64,000 bases of DNA from Trueperaceae bacterium (GCA_040905465.1 JBBDRK010000049.1:1-64000), one strand, 5' to 3'. Shown: positions 30,481-40,639, counted from the first letter of the stretch. The notes: generated by a model from the letters alone, not told the origin. A program made the numbers and translations.

Positions 30481-31589
30481 CCTTGCCCGGACCCCTCCGA
30501 CAGCGAAGGAGGCGAGGGCGGCCGGCCCTGCTCCGCAGCTTCCTGGTCGATGGCGATGAGCGTCTCGAGGTTGTGCCGTCCCAACTCGAGCTCCCCACGC
30601 TCGACGCCCTGCACCAGCCGGACGAGACCGTGCAAACGCGGTACCGGGACGCCCTGCTCTTCAGCCACCCCCATCACCGCGCCCACCAGCCCGTGCACCT
30701 CGGTTGGGCGTTTGTGGATCGACAGGTCGCGCCACACCCCGGTCCGCCGTTGCGAGTGCCGGAGCCAGTACGCTCGTTGCGCCGCCCAGGCCGCGTCCGC
30801 CTCCCGGGATTCCCGCGGCTTCCCGAAACGGAACACCTGCGGATCGAATCCGTCGAAGCTCTCGAGCTCCACGCCGGCCGCCGCGGCCACCGCCACCACC
30901 TCGCCGGCCAGGTTGGCGAAGAGCGACCGGTAGCGTCTGTCCTCCATCTGGTCGGGCACGTCCTCGCTCACCAGGGCGGTGGCGAAGTAGATCGCGCCGA
31001 GCGCCATCTTCGCCCAGAGGAACCCGAAGATGTTGCCGGTCAGCTCTACGTTTTGCAAAGCCGAAAGGTCGTCGCGAAGCCGCTCGATCCTCTCCGTGCG
31101 CTCACCGTCCAACTCGCCTGTCCGGAAGCTGCCGCTGCCGCCGTACACCACTTCGCCCGGTTTGAGGTAGTGCCCGCCGAAGGTCAAGAACGCGCCGATG
31201 GTGCGGCCTTCGCCAACGGCCCGGGCGATCTTGTACTCCTCGAGGCCGTTCTGCAAAGACACCACGTAACCGTTCGGCGCCAGGAGCGGGCCAATCGTCG
31301 CCAACGCCTGTTCGGTGTGACGCGACTTGACGGCCAGCAGCACCCGACCGAGAGGCCCCGAGACCTCGTCGGGCGTCACCGCCCGGGCGCTCACCGTCAG
31401 GTCGCGCGCCCCGCTCACGCGCAGGCCGGAGGAACTGATCGCCTCCACGTGTTCCCGGTTCTCCTCCACGAAGGTGACGTCGCAACCCGCCTCGATCAGG
31501 TGGGCACCCAGGATCCCGCCGATCGCTCCTGCCCCGACGATGGTGTAAGGGAGCGAGACCACCTCTGAAGCGTCGCTGGCCCGGCTCAC
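30477..31589 (-). CDS. Ketopantoate reductase (ApbA/PanE) family oxidoreductase
   Basis: GAGAIGG, LAVKS, SLQNG, WAK and RPTEV motifs. Confidence 0.85.
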   Translation of the reverse strand: MSRASDASEVVSLPYTIVGAGAIGGILGAHLIEAGCDVTFVEENREHVEAISSSGLRVSGARDLTVSARAVTPDEVSGPLGRVLLAVKSRHTEQALATIGPLLAPNGYVVSLQNGLEEYKIARAVGEGRTIGAFLTFGGHYLKPGEVVYGGSGSFRTGELDGERTERIERLRDDLSALQNVELTGNIFGFLWAKMALGAIYFATALVSEDVPDQMEDRRYRSLFANLAGEVVAVAAAAGVELESFDGFDPQVFRFGKPRESREADAAWAAQRAYWLRHSQRRTGVWRDLSIHKRPTEVHGLVGAVMGVAEEQGVPVPRLHGLVRLVQGVERGELELGRHNLETLIAIDQEAAEQGRPPSPPSLSEGSGQG

Positions 31590-31611
31590 GCGAGCCCCCG
31601 GACCTGCCGGC

Positions 31612-32400
31612 TCACGTGAGGTCCCTGGTTAGCGGGACGTGGGGCCTGCCGCAATGTGAGCCGCCGCTCACCTCCAGGACCGATCCGGTCGTCCAGGCGG
31701 AACGCTCCGATGCCAGGAACGCCACGGCTTCTGCGACGTCCGCAGGACTACCGGTGCGCCTGAGTGGAGTGCCGCGCAGCATCAGCTTGACGTACGGATG
31801 GAGATCGGCGGATTCGGAGGTGATCACCTCGTCGAGCACCAGTCCGGGCGCAACGGCGTTCACGCGGATCCCGTGCGGTCCGAGCTCGATCGCCAGCACC
31901 TGGGTGAGCATCTCCACGGCCGCCTTGGAGCCGGTGTAATGTGCACCACCCGCACGAGCGGAGCGGGCGGCCCCGGAGGAGATGTTGACGATGCTCCCCT
32001 TGGTACCTCGCTCGATCCACTTCCTGGCGAGATGCCGGCACGGGAGCATAGTACCGCGGACGTTCACCGCGAAGACCCGGTCCCACTCCCCCACCTCGAC
32101 GTCCACCACCGGGCAGTTGGGGAAGATGCCGTGCGCGCTAACGAGCAGGTCGATGCGACCCAGGGCCGACTCCGCCTGCTCGATCATCCGGGCCACGTCG
32201 GGCTCGGACGACACGTCACCGGCAACGGCCGTCACCGCTGAGCCCTCCCCTTCCAGCTCCCGACAAGCCAGCACCGCCTTGTCCTCGTCGAGGTCGGCGA
32301 GGGCGACTCGCGCCCCTTCGCGTTGCAAGATGGCGGCGATGGTGCGGCCGAGCCGTCCGCCGGCTCCGGTGAGAAGAGCGGTTCTGTCAGTCAACTGCAT
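31612..32400 (-). CDS. Short-chain dehydrogenase/reductase
   Basis: TGAGGRLG, NISS, YTGSK and IRVNAVAPG motifs. Confidence 0.9.
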   Translation of the reverse strand: MQLTDRTALLTGAGGRLGRTIAAILQREGARVALADLDEDKAVLACRELEGEGSAVTAVAGDVSSEPDVARMIEQAESALGRIDLLVSAHGIFPNCPVVDVEVGEWDRVFAVNVRGTMLPCRHLARKWIERGTKGSIVNISSGAARSARAGGAHYTGSKAAVEMLTQVLAIELGPHGIRVNAVAPGLVLDEVITSESADLHPYVKLMLRGTPLRRTGSPADVAEAVAFLASERSAWTTGSVLEVSGGSHCGRPHVPLTRDLT

Positions 32401-34180
32401 GGTCCCCTTGTATCGCCTGGCCGCCACCCTGATCGGCGAGGTACTTCTCGATAGTTTCAGTCGCCAGCCTGATAGCCCAGGCGACCTTGTTGCGGGCCCG
32501 CGTCATCCCGGTAACCAGGAACTTGAACTCCGCGCTGCTCGGTTCGAGGTCGGCGAGCCGTTCGAGCGGCCGCAAGGTTGGGATCGCTTTGAGGCTGAGC
32601 GCCGGGTCGTGGTCGAAACGGTCGACGGCGGTGTAGTCGATCGGCACCAGGGTGCGACTGATGTCCACGAGGCAGCGGTTGAGCCGCTCGGCCCTCTCCC
32701 CGGTCGCCTCGTGACGGTGGCGGTTCAGCAGCTCGGCGCGCTGCACCAGCCGGCCGGCTCGGCGGATCGGCTCCCCCAAGTCGAACAAGTCGCCGACTCG
32801 TTTCTGGAGTCCATCGAGTTCGCTCCGGAGGTAGCGGCCGTGCTCGGCGTAGTCGAGCGGGAGCACCTGGTCGGTGAGCAGCCGCCACACCACGTGCAGG
32901 TAGATCCGCGTGTCTCGCACCAGGATCTGTTCGTCTATCTTGTCGAGCGTGTCGTGTGGAGTGTGCCACCACCAGCCGGTGCCGTGGCCCAGGCGGTTCC
33001 TGCCGCCGAAAACCGCCGCGGATGCGTTCGCCTCACCCGAGGCGGGCTGCTCGCTCATGTTGCCGAATATCGCGGGCACCCCTATGCCCCAGAACGACTG
33101 GTCGCCGGCGCGCCCCATCCTGCGCCCGCTGAACTCCTGCTCCGCCTGAGCCATCAACGCCTCGCGGGCGAGGCCCCGCAATTCGGCAGCGGCGGTGGTG
33201 TCGGCGACTATCGTGTTGCCCTGGCCGCCGGTGGAGTCTACGTTCACGTGCACCAGAGCTCGCGTTTCCAACTCCTCCCAGTTTGAGTCGGCGTACCAAG
33301 TGGAGGAGGAGTAACGGCCCTGCGAGTGGCCCGACCAGAAGATCACCCGAAGGCCCCGCCGCCAGCGGTCACGATGGAGGGCGCAGAGCCTGGCGACCTC
33401 GAGCATGGTGGCGTTGGCTCCGCCGTTGTCCATAACCCCGTAATACCAGGTGTCGTGGTGCCCGGTGAACAGCACGAACGGCTCTTCCTCGTCCCCGCCG
33501 GAGCTGACGAGTTCCGCCACCAGGATGGGGGTCTCACGCCAGCCGGTGTCCACCTCCGCGTGGATGATGAGCTCGAGGCGGCCGGAGCGATCCAGCGCCT
33601 CCTTGATCGCCTCGCCCTCTTCGAACGGCACGGTGACCACCACCGTGGAGGGGAGGTTGCCGGCGGTCTCGTGAGTAGGGCTGCCCCATACCGGCGAGAT
33701 GCACATCTCGTGCAGGTGCTCGTGGGGGCTCACGTGGACCTGTCCGACGGCGCCGGCTCGTGAGGCGCGGAGGGTGGCTGCCGGGTTAGCAATGCCGTCG
33801 ATCAGGGCGATCTTGCCCCGAACTTCGGCCGCCACGAACTCCTCCTCGCTCCCGCTGCCGAGGTACACGACCTCGGCAGCGGTGCCGGCAGGAGCGGTAG
33901 ACCGGGAGAACGAGTGGGCTATGGCGCGGAAGTCGCGGCCGAGGCCTTCCACGCGCGCCTTGCCGGGAAGGCTGATGTACGCGTCGTGCAAGATCAGGCT
34001 GGTTGCGTAGCCGTACTCCTCCATCGTGCCCTGGACGTGCCGCAGGCTTAGCAACTCCTCTTCGCTGCCGGCGTGTTTGGTCCAACGAGCGAATGCCTGC
34101 ATGTGGGCCATCATTTCCGGCCCTGAAACGGTGTCGAGGATTGACCCCAGGTCGTGGGTCGGGCTGTCGGCTCGGTTCAA
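32387..34180 (-). CDS. PA-domain M28 family metallo-amidohydrolase/peptidase
   Basis: VRGKIAL (PA domain), GHHDTW, DNGG, NVDS, GDQSF and WHTPHDT motifs; TTG start coupled to the permease stop. Confidence 0.8.
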   Translation of the reverse strand: MNRADSPTHDLGSILDTVSGPEMMAHMQAFARWTKHAGSEEELLSLRHVQGTMEEYGYATSLILHDAYISLPGKARVEGLGRDFRAIAHSFSRSTAPAGTAAEVVYLGSGSEEEFVAAEVRGKIALIDGIANPAATLRASRAGAVGQVHVSPHEHLHEMCISPVWGSPTHETAGNLPSTVVVTVPFEEGEAIKEALDRSGRLELIIHAEVDTGWRETPILVAELVSSGGDEEEPFVLFTGHHDTWYYGVMDNGGANATMLEVARLCALHRDRWRRGLRVIFWSGHSQGRYSSSTWYADSNWEELETRALVHVNVDSTGGQGNTIVADTTAAAELRGLAREALMAQAEQEFSGRRMGRAGDQSFWGIGVPAIFGNMSEQPASGEANASAAVFGGRNRLGHGTGWWWHTPHDTLDKIDEQILVRDTRIYLHVVWRLLTDQVLPLDYAEHGRYLRSELDGLQKRVGDLFDLGEPIRRAGRLVQRAELLNRHRHEATGERAERLNRCLVDISRTLVPIDYTAVDRFDHDPALSLKAIPTLRPLERLADLEPSSAEFKFLVTGMTRARNKVAWAIRLATETIEKYLADQGGGQAIQGDHAVD

Positions 34181-35028
34181 GACGATTCCTCCTTCTGGGC
34201 GGCCTTCTGGCCGGCGGCGAGGCGGGTGGGCAGGGCGCCCTTGCCGAAGAGAACGGTCAGAATCACCACGAGGACTATCGCGAACCCGATCAGTACGGTC
34301 GAGAGGGCGGCGATGGTGGGGTCCTGCCACTTCTGCAGGTACAGGAACATCTCGATCGGCAAGGTGTTGCTGGAGGGCCGGACCAGGAAGACCGTGGTCT
34401 CGACCTGGTCGAAGGAGATGATGAAAGAGAACACCGCAGCCACGATCATGCTCACCGAGATCTGCGGGAGCACCACCCGGAAAAAGGTGTAGAGCGGGCC
34501 GGCTCCGAGATCCATCGCCGCTTCCTGCAAGGTCCAGTCGAAGCTCACCAACGAGGCGGAGAGGATCGCGATCACGAACGGCAGCGTGACCACCGCGTGG
34601 GTGACCACCAGGCTCCAGTAACTGTTCAGGCTCCCGACCTCCACGAAGAACATGAACAGCGCCACCCCGAGCACGATCTTCGGCATGACTATGGGCGAGA
34701 GCAGGAACGCTTTGACCATGTCGCTTCCGGGTATGCGGTACCTCACCAAGGCGTAGGCGGCCATGGTGCCCACCACCAGCGAGACGGAGGTGGCAACCAG
34801 GGCTAGCACCACGCTGCGGACGGCGGCACCGTAGAAGGCGTCCTGCCCCGCCAGGTTGCGGTACCAGCGCAGCGAGTATCCCTCGGGTGGGAACACGTTG
34901 TAAGCGACACTGCTGAACGAGTTGAGAACCACCACGGCCAGCGGCGAGACGATGAACAGACCCGCCAGAACCGAGAAGAGCGCCAGCAGCAGGTGACGCA
35001 AGGGCGGAATGCGGTTGCGGGTGCGCAT
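34177..35028 (-). CDS. ABC permease (PotC-like)
   Basis: SLRWY, LQEAAMDLGA, ISFDQ and TLP motifs. Confidence 0.9.
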   Translation of the reverse strand: MRTRNRIPPLRHLLLALFSVLAGLFIVSPLAVVVLNSFSSVAYNVFPPEGYSLRWYRNLAGQDAFYGAAVRSVVLALVATSVSLVVGTMAAYALVRYRIPGSDMVKAFLLSPIVMPKIVLGVALFMFFVEVGSLNSYWSLVVTHAVVTLPFVIAILSASLVSFDWTLQEAAMDLGAGPLYTFFRVVLPQISVSMIVAAVFSFIISFDQVETTVFLVRPSSNTLPIEMFLYLQKWQDPTIAALSTVLIGFAIVLVVILTVLFGKGALPTRLAAGQKAAQKEESS

Positions 35029-35927
35029 CAGCGGACCTCGCTGTAGCGAAGCAGGCGGTTGAAGCTGGCTACGGTGAGCAGCGAGAGGACCAGCAGCACC
35101 ATGCCGCCGACGGCGGCTACCGGCCAGTTGATGTCGGCCGTGGCGCGGTAAACGTGGAGCGGTAGCACCAGAACGCGCCCCCCACCCAGAATCGACGGCG
35201 TCACGAACGCGCCGAGGGCCAGGGTGAAGCAGATCTGGGCTCCGGCAACCAACCCTGGCAGCGTGAGGGGCAACGTGACCCGCCGGAAGACGGTCCACCA
35301 GCCGGCGCCGAGGTCTTCGGCGGCCTCCTTGATGGTGGGATCGAGCCGGACCATGGAGGTGTAGATGGGGAATACTACGAACGGCAGGAACACGTGCGCC
35401 AGGCTGATGAGCACGCCGGTGAGGTTGTACACCAGCCGTAGCGGGTCATCGATCATTCCGGCGCGCTGCAATATGTAGTTCACCGGTCCCTGGTCGGCGA
35501 GCAGGACGGTCCAGCCGTAACTGCGCACGACCACGCTGACGATGATGGGGGAGAAGACCAGCACTGCCAGCCACTTCTGCACGGCGGGCCGGCCGATCCG
35601 CCACATGGCGTACGCCAACGGGTAGCCGATGAGGACAGACAGTACGGTGACGATGCCGGCCATGCGCAAGGTGTCGAAGATGATCGCGTGGTAGTACTCA
35701 TCGAACATGAACCTGCGGTAGGTGTCGAGGGAAAACGCCTCCTGGAGCCTGCCGCGCTCGAACTTGTGGAAGCTGAAGCGAAAAAAGGTCAGCAAGGGCA
35801 GGACGAACGCGTACGCCATCAGGCACAGGGTCGGCGCCAGCAGCAGCAGGGGCGGGAGCCACGCCAGCCGGCCGCGCCTGCGCTTGCTCGCCGGGCCGAT
35901 CCTGGGGCCGATCAGATCGGCAGCCAC
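35028..35927 (-). CDS. ABC permease (PotB-like)
   Basis: GYPLAY, VVRSYGW and EAAEDLGA motifs. Confidence 0.9.
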   Translation of the reverse strand: MAADLIGPRIGPASKRRRGRLAWLPPLLLLAPTLCLMAYAFVLPLLTFFRFSFHKFERGRLQEAFSLDTYRRFMFDEYYHAIIFDTLRMAGIVTVLSVLIGYPLAYAMWRIGRPAVQKWLAVLVFSPIIVSVVVRSYGWTVLLADQGPVNYILQRAGMIDDPLRLVYNLTGVLISLAHVFLPFVVFPIYTSMVRLDPTIKEAAEDLGAGWWTVFRRVTLPLTLPGLVAGAQICFTLALGAFVTPSILGGGRVLVLPLHVYRATADINWPVAAVGGMVLLVLSLLTVASFNRLLRYSEVR

Positions 35928-35940
35928 TCGCTCACCCCCT

Positions 35941-37029
35941 TCACGCCGGCACGGACGCCGTGGGGAACAGGCGGGCGGCCTGGTCGCTCCAGCCGGCGGT
36001 AACCACCTGGCCGGCGCTGAGCAGCGGTTGCGAGCCGTCGTAATGCACCTCGGCCAGCACCTCCAACGGGGGGTTGCCGAGCTGGAGCACATACTGGACG
36101 GAGGAACCCGAGAAGATCACGTCGCGGACCCGGGCCTCGAACCGGTTCGGCAGTCCCTCGCTGGCGGCGCCGATCCTTATCAACTCGTAACGGATCGACG
36201 CCTGAGCGGGAGCGAGCGCCACGCCCGGGGTGGTGTTGCCGGCAAAGCGGATCTCGCCGGCTCGCACCACCGCCCGGCCGTCGGCCACCTCCTCCACCTC
36301 CACGTCGAAAAGGTTGGTGTTGCCGATGAAGGCGGCCACAAAGCGGCTGCCGGGCCGGTCGTAGATCTCCTGGGGCGTGCCCATCTGCTCGATCCGGCCC
36401 TCATTCATAATCGCAATCCGGTCGGACATGGTCATGGCCTCGCCTTGGTCGTGAGTCACGTAGATGAAGGTGGTGCCCACGTCCTGTTGAATACGTTTGA
36501 GCTCCAGTTGCATCTGCAGCCTGAGCTTGAGGTCGAGGGCGCCCAGCGGCTCGTCCAGCAGCAGTACCTTGGGCCGCTTCACCAGCGCGCGAGCGAGCGC
36601 CACGCGTTGCATCTGACCTCCGCTGAGTTGACCCGGCTTGCGCTGGGCGAACTCCTGGAGGCCGACGAGCTCCAGCAGCTCCCCTACCCGCCGGCGAATC
36701 TCCTGGCCCGCGAGCCTCTCCACCTTCAGGCCGAACGCGACGTTCTCAAACACGCTCATGTGCGGGAACAGCGCCCAGCGCTGGAACACCATGTTGGTGG
36801 GGCGGCGGTAGGGAGAAACGTTGCGCATGTCCAGGCCGGCGATGCGCAACTCTCCTTGGTCGGGATGCTCGAAGCCGCTCGCCATCCGCAGGGTGGTCGA
36901 CTTCCCGCACCCGCTCGGACCGAGAAGGGAGAAGAAGCTTCCCGAGTCCACCGAGAAGGTGATGTCATCCACCGCCTTGAAATCCCCGAAGTACTTTGTG
37001 ACGTTCACCAGTTCGACGTCGGCGCTCAA
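35941..37029 (-). CDS. ABC ATP-binding protein (PotA-like)
   Basis: GPSGCGKS, LSGGQ, LLLDEP and VTHDQ motifs; C-terminal TOBE domain. Confidence 0.93.
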   Translation of the reverse strand: MSADVELVNVTKYFGDFKAVDDITFSVDSGSFFSLLGPSGCGKSTTLRMASGFEHPDQGELRIAGLDMRNVSPYRRPTNMVFQRWALFPHMSVFENVAFGLKVERLAGQEIRRRVGELLELVGLQEFAQRKPGQLSGGQMQRVALARALVKRPKVLLLDEPLGALDLKLRLQMQLELKRIQQDVGTTFIYVTHDQGEAMTMSDRIAIMNEGRIEQMGTPQEIYDRPGSRFVAAFIGNTNLFDVEVEEVADGRAVVRAGEIRFAGNTTPGVALAPAQASIRYELIRIGAASEGLPNRFEARVRDVIFSGSSVQYVLQLGNPPLEVLAEVHYDGSQPLLSAGQVVTAGWSDQAARLFPTASVPA

Positions 37030-37068
37030 GAAAGGCTCCTCATGAAAATAGGGCGCAGACAAGAGAGC

Positions 37069-37098
37069 GGGGCCGGAACCCCGAAGGTTTCCGGCCCC
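37069..37098 (-). terminator. Stem-loop after the SBP gene
   Basis: GGGGCCGGAA-N10-TTCCGGCCCC. Confidence 0.55.
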
Positions 37099-37108
37099 TG
37101 CTGCTCGG

Positions 37109-38182
37109 TCAGCGCAGCTTGAACTTCACTTCGCGGTCCCAGCGCTCGCGCCACTCCGAGCTCATCTCGGCGATGTGGTCGTAGTCGAGCAGGATCGAGT
37201 TGCGGGCCACGTCGAGGTTCAGATCCGGATTGTTCTGCTGCTCCTCGGTGAGAGCGGCGTTCTTCACTACCGGGATCGCGTAGGTGAGCTCACCGTAGCG
37301 GGCGGCGTTATCCGGCGAGAGCAGAGTGTTGACCAGGTCTTCGCAAACCACTCGTTCCTCGTCGGTCACTCCCTGGGAGATGGTGAGGTAGACGGGGAAG
37401 GCGATTGCGCCCTCCTCAGGGGTGACGTAGCCGAGCGGCGCGCCCTCGGCAACCCAGACATTGGCCAGGGCCGAGAACCAGGGGGCGATCCAGGCATCGC
37501 CGCTGACGAGCAGGTTCTTGAGGGCGTCGTTCGAGTCGACGAGCGCGCGGATGTTCTCGGCGTTCTCCGCCCACACCTCGAAGCCGGGGTCGATGTTGTA
37601 CTCGTCGCCGCCGTTGAGCCTGGCGGCAATCGTCATCATCCGCGTGTCGTAGTCGAACATCACCACGCGGCCGCGGAAGGCCGGATCCCACAGGTCGGTC
37701 CACGAGGTGGGCGGTTCGGAGAGAGCGTCGGTGTTGTAGAGCAGACCGATGCCGGACATCTGGTAGCCGACGCCGCGATCGTCGGGCCGGCGGTACTGGT
37801 CGAACACGTTCTCCATGTTGGGAATGTTGGCGGGGTCGAGCGATTCCCACATGTCGTCGATGTCGCCCTTGGTCATCGAGTCCACGTTGAAGAACCCGCA
37901 GTGGACCAGGGGGTCGTCGGGCGTGGTCCGGCGCGAGGCCACCATCTTGGGGTAGGTGATGGTGTTGTTCGACTCGAGGATTTCGATGTCGACGTTCGGG
38001 TGTTCCTCGCGGTACTGCTCGATCACGTCCATCGGCACAACACCCTGATTGGAGCCGGCCCAGATGAAGAAGGTGAGCTTCGCGTCTTCAACCGGCGCAT
38101 GGTCTGCGATGGCGAGAGACGCCATGGCGAGAGTGGAGGCGATGAGGAGGGTTCTGATCGAGAGCTTCCTGCCTATAATCAC
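37109..38182 (-). CDS. PotD/PotF-like substrate-binding protein
   Basis: Signal peptide; LLYN, PPTSWTDLWDP and PEEG motifs. Confidence 0.88.
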   Translation of the reverse strand: MIIGRKLSIRTLLIASTLAMASLAIADHAPVEDAKLTFFIWAGSNQGVVPMDVIEQYREEHPNVDIEILESNNTITYPKMVASRRTTPDDPLVHCGFFNVDSMTKGDIDDMWESLDPANIPNMENVFDQYRRPDDRGVGYQMSGIGLLYNTDALSEPPTSWTDLWDPAFRGRVVMFDYDTRMMTIAARLNGGDEYNIDPGFEVWAENAENIRALVDSNDALKNLLVSGDAWIAPWFSALANVWVAEGAPLGYVTPEEGAIAFPVYLTISQGVTDEERVVCEDLVNTLLSPDNAARYGELTYAIPVVKNAALTEEQQNNPDLNLDVARNSILLDYDHIAEMSSEWRERWDREVKFKLR

Positions 38183-38308
38183 GGTGTACCAGCCTTTCTT
38201 AACTGGACGGGCCTGCCTTAAACCGACTTTCGACTACCTCCTCAGTGTGCCTGGGCCGAGCGAGCGGCTGACGCAAGATGAGCACGACGGATAGTTTCGT
38301 GTGCGTAC

Positions 38309-38370
38309 AGCTTAGTTCTCTCGCTTGCGCTTTGTCAACAATTGGTTAAGAGCACCTGCGCATTGCGCAG
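38309..38370. promoter_or_regulatory. Divergent control region: minus-strand TTGACA-N18-TAAGCT and palindrome CTGCGCA-T-TGCGCAG
   Basis: -35 at 38338-38333, -10 at 38314-38309, 15-bp palindrome at 38356-38370. Confidence 0.55.
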
Positions 38371-38417
38371 TATGGTATCTTCGTCGGCAATCACCGGACG
38401 ACAGGAGAACCAACAGG

Positions 38418-38939
38418 ATGGGAAAGGCTTTCAGTGAACTAGACGATCTAGACCGCAAGATCATCGTCGCTCTCGAGAAGGACGGCCGCAAGGCGTACCG
38501 GGAGATCGGGCGTCAGCTGGGCGTGCCGGAGGCGACCGTTCGCTCGCGAGTAACCAAACTGCTCGAGAACGGCCACATACGGATCACGGCGGTGGGGAAT
38601 CCGCTCGGGCTGGGAGTCGAGGTCGTCGCCGTCACCCTGATCCGCGTGCGGCCCGGCCACGTAGAGGAGACCGCCGAGGTGCTGTCGCGCTACCCCAACG
38701 TCCGCTTCGTAGGCACCTCATTCGGCTCCGCCGACATCATCATCCAGACGCTGCACCCGAACCTGCGGCGTCTGCACCACTTCATCGCTCAGGAGATCCC
38801 CAGGGCGGCATCCGCCATAACCAGCACCGAAACGTTCCAGCTGGCGAACGTGGTGAAGAGCTCCTGGGCGTGGGGCGAGTGGTTCGAGGAGCTCGAGAGG
38901 CTGGACCGCGAGGTGCTCGAGGTACGGCAGGGGAAGTAG
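38418..38939 (+). CDS. Lrp/AsnC family regulator
   Basis: LDDLDRKII...DGR...EATVRSRV HTH followed by a RAM domain. Confidence 0.92.
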   Translation: MGKAFSELDDLDRKIIVALEKDGRKAYREIGRQLGVPEATVRSRVTKLLENGHIRITAVGNPLGLGVEVVAVTLIRVRPGHVEETAEVLSRYPNVRFVGTSFGSADIIIQTLHPNLRRLHHFIAQEIPRAASAITSTETFQLANVVKSSWAWGEWFEELERLDREVLEVRQGK

Positions 38940-39136
38940 CGCCGCATGAAACAGGGCCCGGAACGTTCGAATGAATGAGCCACGTCCGTCTGACCGATCG
39001 CCTGCAACATCGGCACGCAATCGCCGTAGTCGATCAGGCCGTGCTGCATTCGATGCAGACCGAGGTGAAGCCCTACCGCGCCATCACCTCGGCGACGACC
39101 GAGCTCGGAATGCGGAGTCAGCAGTTGATGGAACTG

Positions 39137-39883
39137 TCATTGAGCGCATTCCTGCCCAGCCTCGTTATCGTCGGGCAAGCGGGTACCGCTTTCGCCTCTA
39201 AGCGCGACACGCCCCCGGGCCGCCACGACCGTCAGGAATGGCTGCACCACGACACGGGGCTCGGTAATAGCGCGTCCGACTACCACGGCGAAGGCGCCAC
39301 GCTCGAAGGCGGCCTCCACCAGGACCGAAGTGTTGTAGCGCCCCTCGGCCACAACCGGAAGCCCGGCCTCGCTCAGAGCAGCCACCAAATCGAGGTCGGC
39401 TCCCTCCTGCTGCGGACTATAGGGGGTGTACCCCGATAGGGTCGTCCCGATCAAATCCGCTCCCGCCTCGGCAGCCGCCACGCCCTCCTCCACCGTCGAG
39501 ATGTCGGCCATCACCCGTGCACCACGCTCGTGCACCGATGCGATCAGCTCGCGGAGTGTGCTTCCGTCGGGACGAGGAGCGTCCGCTCCGTCCAGGGCAA
39601 CGATGTCGGCTCCGGCATCGACGACCTCGCGAGCGGAGGCGATGGTCGGGGTTATGAATACCTGAAACCCCTCGTGGCGCTGCTTGTTTATTCCAATGAT
39701 GGGAGAGCCGATGCGGGTGCGGATCGTGCGCACGCGCTCGGCGCCGTTAGCGCGTATCCCGGCAGCGCCGCTCTCCACCATGACGGCCGCGAGATCGGCA
39801 ACGTACGCCGGGGAATCGAGTGGCGCCTGAGGCTGACACGAGACGATCAAGGAGTGGCGGAGTTGCTCTAATATCCTGTCCAT
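39137..39883 (-). CDS. nanE: N-acetylmannosamine-6-phosphate 2-epimerase
   Basis: LIVSCQ, GIRANG, IIGINK, MADIST, GTTLSGYT, AEGRY and VVVGRAIT motifs. Confidence 0.92.
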   Translation of the reverse strand: MDRILEQLRHSLIVSCQPQAPLDSPAYVADLAAVMVESGAAGIRANGAERVRTIRTRIGSPIIGINKQRHEGFQVFITPTIASAREVVDAGADIVALDGADAPRPDGSTLRELIASVHERGARVMADISTVEEGVAAAEAGADLIGTTLSGYTPYSPQQEGADLDLVAALSEAGLPVVAEGRYNTSVLVEAAFERGAFAVVVGRAITEPRVVVQPFLTVVAARGRVALRGESGTRLPDDNEAGQECAQ

Positions 39884-40006
39884 GGCATTTCCCTTTCCCA
39901 AGCTGCCCTGCCAGACCGCGCTGCGGCCGACATACGCCCTCATCGGCAGCGGACCGGTTTTGAGGGCGGGGGTTGCGACCTGAAGGTTGCGGCGCCAGAT
40001 GAATGG

Positions 40007-40639
40007 CTAGCCTACAAGCTTGCGCACCAGGTAGCGGGCGTTCGCGGGCAGATCAGGGGAGTGTACCGGTGAGAAGCCCAGGTGCCGATAGAATCCTTCC
40101 GCCCGCCGGTTGGCCGGATCCATCTCCAGATGCACGCCTGGTGATCGCATCTCCAAGAGGCTAGCGAGCAAGACTTCGAGCAAGGCACGTCCCTGGCCCC
40201 GGCCCTGCGCACGCGGCAACAGGTCGACATGGAGTTGCGACGCGAACGGCGCCAGGACGTCCGGAAACACGAGCGTAGGGTGGTGAATTCGCCAGCGTAG
40301 TCTATCGCTCGCCGGCAACCTGTCCCACTCCTCGGTGGGCTCGGGAATCCGGCGCTGAAGGGGCGGCAACCACTCTCTCCTGTACTGCTCGAAGAACCTT
40401 TCCGTGTCCAGGGCGGCAAGCACGTAGCCACATATGCCGTCAGCGTCCTCGAGCGCATATGCCAAGTCGGGCTCGAGGCATACGTAAGGGCCGACATATA
40501 AGTGCCCGAGCAAGTTGCCGTCGTCGTAGAGATCGCCCGCGTCCTCGCCGGCTCGGCCCGTTTTCAGGCATACCCTGTAGAGTTGAGGAAGGTCGCGGCG
40601 AACCGCATGGCGAATTCGGAATCCTGAACGAGGTCTCAC
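40007..40639 (-). CDS. GNAT acetyltransferase (resembles the O-GlcNAcase-associated HAT-like domain)
   Basis: CLKTG, YVGPY, LHVDLLPRAQGRGQG and FYRHLGF motifs. Confidence 0.82.
   Translation of the reverse strand: MRPRSGFRIRHAVRRDLPQLYRVCLKTGRAGEDAGDLYDDGNLLGHLYVGPYVCLEPDLAYALEDADGICGYVLAALDTERFFEQYRREWLPPLQRRIPEPTEEWDRLPASDRLRWRIHHPTLVFPDVLAPFASQLHVDLLPRAQGRGQGRALLEVLLASLLEMRSPGVHLEMDPANRRAEGFYRHLGFSPVHSPDLPANARYLVRKLVG

Noticed and set aside
39137-39883. Canonical sialic acid (nan) operon
   Set aside because: No nanA lyase, sialidase or nagA/nagB in the cluster
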